64,000 nucleotides of DNA from Octopus bimaculoides (taxonomy: Eukaryota): positions 11,493,043 through 11,557,042 of the forward strand of contig NC_068982.1 of the NCBI RefSeq assembly GCF_001194135.2, in the 5' to 3' direction. The notes under the pieces were generated by a model. That model was not told where the DNA came from. It worked only from the letters and a program-made list of their open reading frames with translations, and did not search any database. Positions 49,490-60,677 of the stretch are shown here, in pieces. The position numbers and the translations under genes are program-made. Position 1 is the stretch's first letter; every line of letters starts with the position of its first letter.

Positions 49490-50769
49490 CCACTTTGTAT
49501 TGATTTAGTTATTAACTGTACTATGCTGTCTAACTTCTATTGTTGCTATAAAATGACATTAATCTAAACATTACTTATCTCAAATAGTTGATTCATGTAT
49601 ATATGATAAAATGAAAAAGGAAGCAAATTACTAGGATACTTTAAAAGTAACAGATAATGGAAAGTAATACTAAAATTATCATGGGCAAATAAACACTTAT
49701 TGCTTCAGTGTTCATATTGAATGCTGTAATTTTTTTCTTAGTAATATCTCGTGATTAAATGTTCTGAATGCTTTGTAATATCTAAAAATATTCCTAATAA
49801 ATATTCATTGTAACCTTGTGTGACTATAAATGTTATGGAAGCTTGGAAAGGCATGGACAGAATATTTTGTTTCGCCCAAATTTCATTATCAATTATTTGT
49901 TTCAACAGATCAATCATTTACTATTATGATTATCACAGTATTGCATGTATCTGCTGTATCACCAGACTCAGCTACATGTGTCTCAGGTATATATAAACGA
50001 TCACTCATACTTTACTATTTATTCTTATAATGGTTTCTGTTGTTGGACTGTGGCCATGTTGGAGCAACATATTCAAAGTTTTTGTATTAGTCTCATATTT
50101 ATTTTCATCCATTTCATTTAATGTCCATTTTTCCATGCTTGCATGGGTTAGACAGTTGGTTGAGGTAGATTTTCTATATCCAAATGTCTTTCCTATTGCC
50201 AAGCCTCACCTATTTCCAAGTAAAGTAACATTTTCCCATAGCTATATATGTTTTTCTTAAAAGACTGGAAATAGAACAGCCCCACTGGTATGACAATGAT
50301 GCCCATTTACAACCTTCACATAATATCTAGACAAGGATACTATATATTATTTGACTGGCCAAATTGCTCTTTTTTGATACAATACTGGTTTTTAACCTGC
50401 AGTGTTGTGTCAAACAAATAGACACAAACATGGACTGACATTTCTACTTTCACTGTAATTTTTGAAAGGACATTCTGAAATCCAAATATTGTCTGAAAGA
50501 AATAAAAATAATAAAACTCTGTTTTATTAAAACTACATCATGTTTTCAAATCTGTATTCGACATTATTAACACAATGCTTCAAATAACCTCACGTGTTAT
50601 TTTTATACAAACACATATGCAAGTTTCTGCACAGTTTCCATCTGTGAAAGGCTATAGTAGAAGGTGCCACACAATCTGGAGACACATGATTGTCAAACTC
50701 CTTAACCACACGACTTCGCTCGCACATTCTTTTTGTATGAGCTGTTTCTTTATAGATATTCTTTAACTT

Positions 50770-51100
50770 ATTTAAGTTGTTAGACTTTGGCCATGCTGGA
50801 GCACTAACTTGAAAGGTTTTAGCTAAATCAACCCCAGTACTTAATTTTTAAGTCTGGTGGTTATTGTATCAGTCTCTTTTGCTAAATTACTAAGCCATGG
50901 GGATGTAAACAAACCAACAGTAGTTGTCAAGCAATGGGGTTTAGGGTCAAACACACACACACATACATGTATATGACAAGCATCTACCCGGAGCTGTTGT
51001 AGATAACACCTGGCCAAGGTGCCTAGCAGTGGGACTGAACTCAAAGAGAGCTTCTTTGTCACACAGCCATACCTGTGCCTATACCACACACTCATACTAG
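50770..51100 (-). mobile_element. Family-B SINE (degenerate)
   Basis: ggccatgctggagcact...aaggtgcctagcagtgggactgaac...cacacagccatacctgtgcct. Confidence 0.8.
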
Positions 51101-51160
51101 CACCTGTATACACACACACATATATATTGAACATTAAAAAGTAACACATGAGTTGATATG

Positions 51161-51428
51161 TATAAGGAAAATAAGGCAAGGTAGAAAATGCTAAAATAAT
51201 TTTATCATGAAATACATTTTGTAACAGTTAGTACTGGTTTCAGTCTTTTGGACTTTTTCAACTAAGAAGACTATGGGAATTGAATTATTTTTCTTCTTAA
51301 TTAATATCCACTTTTGTTTACATTTAGCTGAAAAAGTCAAAAAGGCTGAAACCAGTACTAACCATTACAAAATGTATTTTATGATAACATTATTTTAACA
51401 TTTTCTACCTTGCTTTATTTTCCTTATA
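51161..51428. mobile_element. Fold-back MITE with ~105-bp inverted arms and a 58-bp spacer
   Basis: 51161-51265 (tataaggaaaataaggcaaggtagaaaatg...) is the near reverse complement of 51324-51428. Flanked by TA. Confidence 0.85.
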
Positions 51429-51430
51429 TA

Positions 51431-52922
51431 TACCGTAAAAACCCATGTAATGTGCACATTGCTATTCATGTAAAATTTGCACCCAAAAGTTTTCAGAATT
51501 GCCAATATGGCCAGGGGGCAAACATTTTCAATTTAGTTGTATTTAGCATAGTTTCACTTACTTATTATTAAATTTTGTTAAATTTTCATTGAATAAAAAT
51601 AATTTAATGGGTGTCACATTGAAAGCTATTAAATTACGAAGTGTTTATGTTTATAATAAACTTTATTTTACAATTCTTGCCCACAAGAGATTATGTCCGA
51701 TCTTTAGCATACTTCTGTATATCTTGTTAAATCATGATCACAGGAAAAGTTGTTGATAATTCTTATCAACAAAAGCTGATAAATACGCACAAGTGTTGCA
51801 AAATAAGTTTAATTACCAATTAACTTCAGCGTGGATGACACTTTGCTCAACCAACAGAGGAAGATGACCAATCAAACTGATTATGTAAACAGAATTCTGA
51901 TTGGTTGAAAGTGTCTTCTTGTCTCAAGCTCTGATTTTCTTGTTGGAACCTTTGATACAGAGTATCGAAATTTTAATCCCTTTCACACTTATAAAATGTC
52001 AAGCAAACTTAAAAATTTGTCATTACTGTTCTGGCCGGGAGACCAAACCGATAGTTTGGTAACCCACTAAAATAAACATTAAAAATTGAAAGGAGAAAAT
52101 AAACAGCTTTGCAAGTTTACCTCAGTGTTTATTGAACAAGAGAGGTGCGAAATTTAAGAAGCCACTTGTTAGAATATACAGGACTATGAGGAGACATAAA
52201 CAAGAATAGCAAAAATCTACTATACCAAAAGAACTGGTAATACATTCACAAGTGTTCTATGAAGAGAACATAAGATTGCTGCATAGTTCAACATGAATGT
52301 GAAACGACATTAAACACCATATAAGGTAAATGAAGTTTTCTGTAGGAATGCTAAGTCATATTCACTTCGTGAGTTTACATGTGCAAGGATGGATTATGAT
52401 GTTGTTGTTGGCATTAGATGCAGTTAAGAGCTGGTAGCGGCAGTGATGAATTTCATTGTCTCCTAATGCGGAGAAAGCGAGCAATAGCCTCCTGGAGGCA
52501 AACGCAAGCTAGACTTCTTAAGCAGAGAAAAACTGATCTATTTAAGGAAATTGCTGGGCTTCATTGCGATAGAAACTCTAAGCAATGTAAAATATGGTCT
52601 GGACAGTGATTACCAGCATGAACATCAGACTTCAAAAAATAATTAACCATTTAATGGTTTTAGTAAATTTATACAGATAAAGTAAGCATTATACTGTCCA
52701 GCATAAAGAAAAGTCAACTTCATTATATTTTTTTCTGTAAAAACCTATTCTGACATTAAATGAGTCAACTTCATGTACAAATGTTTACATTTGTACATCA
52801 TTTTTCAACAAAAATGATTTCTAAAAAAATTCTGGAAATGATCTACTCATGTAATTTGTGTACCCACTAAAGTTTATTTTTGTTATGGCAAAAAAGTGTG
52901 TAAATTACATGGGTTTTTATAG
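51431..52922. mobile_element. pogo-like non-autonomous DNA transposon (~1.5 kb)
   Basis: TIRs CCGTAAAAACCCATGTAATGTGCAC and GTGTAAATTACATGGGTTTTTATAG. CCAAT boxes lie at ~51860-51905. No clean transposase frame remains. Confidence 0.6.
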
Positions 52923-52957
52923 TCTCCACACGTATACTCACATGTCTCCACATGTAT

Positions 52958-53606
52958 TCTCCACATGTATACTCGACTGGTGGTCGGAAATAAGGTAAAG
53001 GGTGACTCATCCGAGAAAATAACATTCTTCTACTGCTCTCGGGACCAATTCTGTAAGTTTTTACTCCACTCTAAATGCTTTGCAATGTTTGTTTTTGAAA
53101 GTAGTAGTTTTCTGATTGCAGCCCTCCTGTGAAATCCGGCTTTGTGCAGCTCCCGGCGAACAGTTTTTGTGGAAACTGGGTTCTTGAGGTGGTCATTAAG
53201 CTCTGCAGTAATTTTGGGAGCTGTACTTTTGTGATCCTTTCTAACAATTCACAGAAGAGTCCGACGGTTCCTATCAGAAAGTTTTGGTTTTCTTCCGGAG
53301 TTTTGTTTCTCAAAGGCTGTCATTACTTTTGAGCCAGTACTTCTTGATACGCCAAACATTTCAACTGTTTTCATTACACTAGCATGAACAATTTTACCTT
53401 TTTGAAAGTCCGATAGATCTGTTATTTTAATGAATTTTAATTACCTTTTGCTGATAATAACTGAAACGAAACAGCAATTTTAGCAAAACATATTAAGCAA
53501 CACTAATGATAAATAAAAAAACATAAAACTAAACAAGCTTTTGATGGTTTTATAGATATTTCAAATTTATGATGCTAGGTGTTTCCATTATTTTGTCCAA
53601 CCCCTG
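52958..53606 (-). mobile_element. 5' half of a Tc1 transposon (pseudogenised transposase)
   Basis: TIR CAGGGGTTGGACAAAATAATGGAAACACC. The frame TDLSDFQKGKIV...GVSRST...NSGRKPKLSDR...TAPKITAELN...VSTKTVRRELHKAG...W...NVIFSDES...RVYMW covers the HTH domains and the first catalytic Asp, with two in-frame stops. Confidence 0.92.
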
Positions 53607-53792
53607 TGTATATATATATATATATATATCAGAAATAATTAAGTTGAATTAGGTACTTAAATTGAGACACCTTGTTAGGTCTGAGTAATATGTATACTCA
53701 ACAATATTAAGTGAATATTACACTTGGTGCATAAGTGCCGGCCATATGGAAATGGGTGTAATGAATTGACATCTGTACATCTTTGTTACTCG

Positions 53793-53842
<50 letters not shown>

Positions 53843-53884
53843 CATGTACACTGTATTAAAATAAGAGCTGCTAATTGTTTTTTG

Positions 53885-54265
53885 TCATTATCATCATCAG
53901 CAGCATTTAATGTCCATTTTCCATGCTGGCATGGGTTGGATGGTTTGACAGGAACTAGTAAGACCAGGGGCTGCACCAGGTCTGTTTTGGTTTGGTTTCT
54001 ACAACTGGATGTCCTTCCTGTTAATAATCACTTTACAGAGTGCACTGGGTACTTTTTACATGGCAACATCACCGGTGCTTTTTATGTGGTACCAACACCC
54101 ACAATAATGCTTTTTACATGACATCTTGTTTTTAAGATCTCATTTCTGTTGTGGTGGGCAGGTCATCTGGAGCACAGCAATGCACTGTCATTTCGTTTGT
54201 AAGATTCAGCATTTTAAGATCAGTCTTCAATACTTCATCTCGTGTTTCCCTGGGTCTCCAGCTCT
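53885..54265 (-). mobile_element. RTE LINE 3' end including the ORF C-terminus
   Basis: The minus strand reads RPRETRDEVLKTDLKMLNLTNEM (RTE GRPRKTWxEVxxxDL motif), followed by the shared 3' UTR. Confidence 0.8.
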
Positions 54266-54549
54266 TATGTTCACACACTGTTCATTAAATGATGTTTATC
54301 TCATTGGATGGATTACTTTTTGTAACAGAACACTAAACTGTGTGTGTGTGTGTGTGTGTGTGTGAGAGTGTGAGTGAGAGTGAATTTTACTGTGATATTG
54401 TGTCTAACCATGCAATATTTAGTATGTGGTGTTGTTTCGGTATAGTGACACCTTGTCTGTCTGCTATTTCGGTCCTGGTATGTCCATTATGACAGGGGCG
54501 ATTTTAGTTTCTTGGCTTCAGCCTTTTCTCTATTTAAATAATATATAAA

Positions 54550-54930
54550 TGTAGGCATGGCTGGATGGTTAAGAAGTTTGCTTTGCATCTACATGATATC
54601 GGGTTCAATTCCACTTGGTAATACTTTGAGCTAGTGTCTTCTACTATAGCCACAGACTGACCAATACTTTGCAAGTAAATTGATGGAAACTGTTTATAAG
54701 CTTGTCATACATGTGTGTGTGCGTTGCTTGTCTTTCACTGCTTGACCTCTGGTGTTGATTTGTTTGTGCATTCCTATAATTTAGTGATTTGACAAAAAAA
54801 TAAAAATAACTGATAGGAAAAAGCACCAGGTTTAAAAAATAAGTACTGCAAGTGATTTTATTGAATAAAAATGAGCCCTTCAAGGTGGTACTCCAGCATG
54901 GTCATGGTCCAATGGTTGAAGAAGTAAAAA
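54550..54930 (+). mobile_element. Family-B SINE (degenerate)
   Basis: gtaggcatggctggatggttaagaag...gtgtcttctactatagcc...aaggtggtactccagcatggtc. Confidence 0.8.
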
Positions 54931-55099
54931 ATTAAAACAATATTCACAGAAGTGGTTTTGCCAATGTAGGGAGGTTTTTTTCTTCAGGAATTGCAACTTT
55001 TATCAGCAGGCATTTGGTTCTTAATGATATTTGAATGTTCCCCCCTTATTATAAGCATTATTGTTACCTAATAATCTTAATCTGGTACCACTTAAAAAG

Positions 55100-55305
55100 C
55101 CACCTAAAAAGCACCTGTTCTAGTGCCATGTAAAATCACTCAGCCCTCTGTAAAGTGGTTGGCATTAGGAAGGGCATCCAGCTGTAGAAATCCTGCCATA
55201 ACAGACAATTGGAGCCCTGTGCAGCTCTCTGGCTTGCCAGCTCCTGTCAAACAGTCCAACCCATGCCAGCATGGAAAACAGATGTTAAATGATAATGATG
55301 ATGGT
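55100..55305 (+). mobile_element. RTE LINE 3' end
   Basis: Shared tail ending in (GAT)n. Confidence 0.8.
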
Positions 55306-57880
55306 GTAGTGTATGTATAGCTCACATTTTCTGTGCAAATTTTGTAGTATTAGTGCAATATTCAGTGTGCATATCAACACTCTTGTGTTTGTTGGCTTAC
55401 TCAGTTTTTGCTAAGACTAGGCAATCTGAAACTATGTGCTTAATATTTTTTTTTGTCTTTACATAGTTTATAATTATTTTAGATCTCATTTTTATAATAT
55501 TTTTCATATATCTTTTGGTTGGCATGCACCAATTTTGTACTGCTGGTATGATTTTTTAATGTTTTGTGTTGGCTCTTTCAAATATAATGGTTATTTGCTT
55601 TTCTTCTGAAGGGATTTTTTTTTAATGAAAAAATTTCATTTTTTAATCTTGTTTTCTTAATAATTCACTTTGGGTTCTGTTTCTCTTCTTAACTGCATCC
55701 TCTCTGTTTTATTCATCAGTATCTTTGTAAACACAAAATACTTTGTTTTTTTATCATTTTCATATTTCATAATTACTTGTATTAATCTTTTGTTATTTTA
55801 TGCTATATATTTATGCAGACCTACAATTACAGACAATAGTGACAACTTCTGATAACCAATTGCTTAGGCAGCTCATTAACTTTTGGGCCTGTCAAGTTTG
55901 TTTTACATCCAATAGATTATCTTTCTCTGGTGATTGCTCCAGTTTCTTTTAGTGTGTCTTTTCCTTGTCAGACCCTGATCTTGTGTATCACATTTCTGAC
56001 ATATAGAGCTGTGTAGTCTATCCTGAATGTTGTAAAATAGTTCTTTTGCTAGTAACATTACTAGCTCTTTAAAAATTTTCCTCATTTATACTTGATATGG
56101 GGCTGGATGGGGGAATATAACACTTAGTAGTGATGTTACCTAGATAATAAGAGCTTATATTCCCAGCATATATCATCAAAGTAATTTTAGGTCTTCATTT
56201 TTTTTTTTTTGGCTGTGGGCAATTTGTCCTTCCAGTGAATGATTCTACCAAGCATGTGATGGTACTTACTGCTGAAATTGCCTCTGTAATATCATTTTAT
56301 TGTTCGATTTTTCCCACTTGGAACAAAATTTTATTCAAGGATAACAAATTCTCAATACTTTGCTTTCAGTCTATATACCATTACCCACCATTGGCAATGC
56401 TATTTGCTGATGGAAAAGGTTTCCAATACTCTCTGCTGATTACTCATATTTCTCAGCTAGATATTGGCAATAAAGATTTTCAGTTATTATGGTTGAAAGT
56501 ATCTCTTCTTAATTCCTTCAAGTTGAAATTCTTATTCTGCTCTCTGAACTCATGCAGTATCCAGCAGTTATTCAGTCAGCTCTCATCCGATATTAAGAAT
56601 ATCTATCCATCTCAATGTCCTTTATTGTGAAGTTATGTTGTTAGACTTACATTACTTATTTACTTATTTGCTGCTGCATATATTTCTATTCCTTTCACTC
56701 TTTTATCATTGAGACCCCAACCACACGCAATTTTAACATTATTGAGAAGAAATAAATATAGCCTCCAAGAACTTGAAGAGTGTCCTTCAGTGAAAGCACG
56801 ACAATCTAATCATGCATAACATACAACACAAAATATTAAAAATAATAATCAAATCTTCCTCAACCCATACACTTCTATTTTCAATGAGGCAGGAACATAC
56901 ATGTATACAATGCCTAACAAGATTAGCTGGTTATGCCTGGAACAAGTTTGATTATTGACAACAACAATCAAGAAATTTGTACAATATCATATGCATGGAA
57001 GACATATAACTAGATTTAACATACTATAAATGCAAAACCACATTTTTTTTATGAAAACAAAACTTGAAAACCCAATTCTATCTAACACCAGAGTCACTGA
57101 GTGCCACTGAGTGCCACTGAGTACTGCTTGCGCATCCGGTTCATATATCTGAGACTGTGCTCTGCCTGCCTGCCTTGTCTGCCTTAACTGTTTTTATTTC
57201 TATACATAATATTATATACAATCCACAACAGGATATTTTGACAATCAATGTGTTGACGTTTTTTCATGGATTTAACATTTTCCTAATTAGGACGCCTGTG
57301 AGATCCTCTTGGTAAAGCAAATTCACTTGACTGGCAAAGATCATTACATCTGATGAATACATAAGTCTACTGAGAGCGACACAGTTGACTGAATGTGGAC
57401 ACATTAGCATAGAAATAAATTCCATATTTTGATATAGTTTGCCATTGTGTTTTGTTTATTGACATTAAAAATACTAGTCCGATAGGAAATTAATAGTCTG
57501 ATAGGAAATTAATCATTGGGTGGTTGCAAGTTGATAAGAGGAATAAGCAAAGGATGTCCTTCATCAGCACCAGTAATTTATGGGCTTAGATGAGATAGAT
57601 GGTAGCAGATAGAATCCTGTAGTTTCTCCAATTATAATGGTCATGTAAATGATCAAGATTTCTCAACCACATTATGAGAGTTCCAATTTTAACTTTGATA
57701 ATGTGAGATGACACACCAATAATTCTGAGAGAAAGAATTCAGGTGGATGTAGAGCTACTTGATCCTATTGACAATGGATTCAAAAGTTGTAAAAATAATA
57801 GCATCTTAATGTTTGTTCATAATTTCACTAAATTTAAATTCTTCATTTATTTCACATTTAAAATAGCTCTTGAAGATCAT

Positions 57881-58110
57881 TATTTACATTATTTACATTT
57901 GATGGATGTTTGTCCTCATCTTGTTTGTTGTTAACACAACATTTTGGCTGATATATCCTCCAGCCTTCATCAGGTGTCTTGGGGAAATTTCAAACCTGGG
58001 TTGTCATTCCTAAGGTATTTTTCGATATTATTATTATTGTTCAGGTCACTGCTTAGAATCGAACTTGGAATCTTGCGGTTAGTAGCCCGCACTTTTAATC
58101 ACTATGCCAC
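57881..58110 (-). mobile_element. tRNA-headed SINE carrying a hammerhead-like motif and a tandem AATGTAAAT tail
   Basis: Head GTGGCATAGTGATTAA (box A) ... AGTTCGATTCT (box B), the HHR-like motif at 57931-57980, and a tail of (AATGTAAAT)2. Confidence 0.65.
57931..57980 (-). ncRNA. Minimal type-I hammerhead ribozyme relic
   Basis: GACAC CUGAUGA A GGCUG-gaggauauau-CAGCC [A]AAA [U]GUU GUGUU. Stems I and II pair. The core GAAAC is decayed to AAAAU, consistent with CpG loss. Confidence 0.6.
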
Positions 58111-58250
58111 TGTGTAACACTTTGTACAAATGTCTTCTATCATAGCCTCAGCTCATCTTGAGTGTTGTGAGAGAAATCAAACTAGATAGATAGAAATTGA
58201 AAAAACTCACCAGTGGACAGTATCTATTTTTAATATATTTCCTGCTTTTA

Positions 58251-58463
58251 AGACGGCGAGCTGGCAGAATCGTTACCACACCGGGCAAAATGCAAAACAG
58301 CATTTCACCCATCTTTATATTCCGAGTTCAAATTCTACCGAGGTCAGCTTTGCCTTTCATCCTCTCTGGGTCAATAAAATAAGTACCAGTTGAACACTGG
58401 GGTTGATGTAATCGACTTAATCTCACCCCCAAAATTTCAGGCTTTGTGCCAGAAATTGAAATC
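58251..58463 (+). mobile_element. Family-A SINE with a perfect 19-bp TSD
   Basis: AATATATTTCCTGCTTTTA at 58232-58250 and 58464-58482. Confidence 0.93.
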
Positions 58464-58515
58464 AATATATTTCCTGCTTTTACAGCACTTCCTAGCTCTT
58501 ATGGTGCCTCTAGGA

Positions 58516-58799
58516 AAGTGGCTCTCAACCAGGGTCCATATCAGCCTTGGGGTCTATATGACTTTTAGGAATTCATATAAGATTTTGTTGTTAAAATTTA
58601 TGTGCAATAAATTACTTATACTTCTATAATGCACTAAACATTTTAATAATTTTTTGATACAATTTCTAACTATGTGTAATTCTAAAAATACAAAAATATA
58701 ATAGGATGTTTTTAAACATAAAATGGCTATGAGGGTCCACCTGAGTAAAATAGGAATCAAAGGGTTCCATAGGTAAAAAAAAAAGGTTGAGAACCACTG
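58516..58799. mobile_element. hAT MITE
   Basis: AAGTGGCTCTCAACC ... GGTTGAGAACCACTG, with a degenerate 8-bp TSD (CTCTAGGA / CTTCAGGA). Confidence 0.85.
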
Positions 58800-59293
58800 C
58801 TTCAGGAGAATCTACTATGTTGCAAAATTTGGATCAGATTTCTAATACCGTCTTTCTACATATCAACATAAGTGTTTCCTGTTCTATTGATTGAAATTAG
58901 TTATCCAGATGTTATGCAAAAAACATCAAAAGTACAGCCCTTCCTCTTCTGACTAAGTACAAAAATATTAAAAAAAGAAAGAAAAAGATTGTTACATTTC
59001 ATTTATATATTATCTGGTTGACAGATAATGATACAAACTTAATAATATCCATTTGTTGTTTCTACCTTATATATATATATATATATATATATTCTCAAAG
59101 AATTTTATTATTGTCATGTAAAGTTAACATTAGCAAATTGAGAGATCCACTCGTTAATAATTGTCAGCTTTAACTTAAAAATTTTTCAGGCTATTAACCT
59201 CATCATCGTTAGACGAAAAGTGTTTTAAGATTTACATCCAGACTGTTTTGAAATAGAGATCAAACCAATTAAAATGTAGTGCAGATGTAAATA

Positions 59294-59503
59294 TTGGTTT
59301 CAAATTTTGGCACAAAGCCAGCACTTTCAGAGGAGGGAGTAAGTTGATTATATTGATCCCCAGTGTTCACCTGGTACTTATTTTATTGACCCCCAAAAGG
59401 ATGAAAAATGAAGTTGACCTTGGCAGCATTTGAACTCAGAAATGGAAGAAATGCTGTTAAGCATTTCTTCTGGTGCAGTAATAATTCTTCTAGTTCACCA
59501 CCT
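59294..59503 (-). mobile_element. Family-A SINE with a 17-bp TSD (2 mismatches)
   Basis: TAGTGCAGATGTAAATA at 59277-59293 and TAGTGTAGATGTAAGTA at 59504-59520. Confidence 0.88.
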
Positions 59504-59777
59504 TAGTGTAGATGTAAGTATTAAAAAAAAAAAGTCCATCTCAAGAGATGTGATTAATAGTTTATAAGAGTAGAATGCTATTAAGCACAACTTGCTCAGA
59601 TATTTAGAAGTGCTAATCCTTCATTCTTTAACTGAAGAGAATTCACCAAGAAAATATGTATGTGTGTGTTTAATAAATATCTTCAGATGCAAAGTTCTAT
59701 TTAGATCATCATCATCATCATTGTTATCATCATCATCATTCTGTTGAAATCAGCTTTACCTTTTATCTTTCAGAGTC

Positions 59778-60045
59778 GTAAGCATTATCATTTAACATCT
59801 ACCTTCCATGCTGGCATGGGTTGGACACTTTGACAGGAGCCTACACCATACTTCTGTGTCTGTTTTGGCAGGGATTTTTACAGCTGGATGCCCTTCCTAA
59901 CTCCAACCACTCAGCAAGCACTGGTGAAATAAATTTTGGCAAGGTTTGTTTTTACAGCCCTTCCAAATGCCAATCACTTTACAGTGTAGACTGGATGCTT
60001 TTTAAGTGACACCTGCACTGGCAGGGTCACCAAGTAACTTGCAAG
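59778..60045 (-). mobile_element. RTE LINE 3' end
   Basis: catttaac..ttccatgctggcatgggttggac...cagctggatgcccttcctaac. Confidence 0.8.
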
Positions 60046-60581
60046 ACAAGTTAGTGAAACTGAATACTCTTTCCCTCCTGCTGAACTTCTGGTCCCATGA
60101 CAGTGTTAGAGATAATTATTATTTTGGTGATAGTTTGGTAGAATCAAAGATGTTTTAAGGCAATGTGGTTAGGTCTCTTTACATGCTGGGTTCAAATCCC
60201 TTTGAAGTCAACTTTGTCTTCCATATTTCTGGATCAATAAAATACATGCCATATAAAAAATCCTGGGTCATTTTTATTGATTATATCTCTTCTCTTAAAA
60301 TGTGTCATCTTGTACTGATATAAAAAATTATATTGTTATTTTTCTATTATTGTTGTTAGTGTTGGTGTCTTGATGCTGTTGTTGTATATTGTCAAACTAA
60401 ATCCAGTATTTAGCTTTGGCTCCCAACTGCACGTGTGTGTGTGTGTGTGTGAGGGAGAGAGAGAATAAAATTAAATTAAAACCAATAGCATATTAGTACT
60501 TTTAATTGACTAAACCTATCCCTTGTAAATTTATAGATTTGTGCCATAAATTTATGGGAAATGTTGAGGTTAGAAAACATA

Positions 60582-60613
<32 letters not shown>

Positions 60614-60625
60614 AGTATATATAAG

Positions 60626-60677
<52 letters not shown>

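Noticed and set aside
56235-56630. 131-aa plus-strand ORF, the longest non-repeat ORF
   Set aside because: No recognisable domain and no convincing splice sites. The minus strand has faint R4-like peptides (LGRIIHW, SVIVG) that are too weak to call.
57545-57570. Minus-strand CUGAUGAAGGACAUCC hammerhead-like start
   Set aside because: It is followed by UUUG rather than GAAA, and there is no stem I partner.
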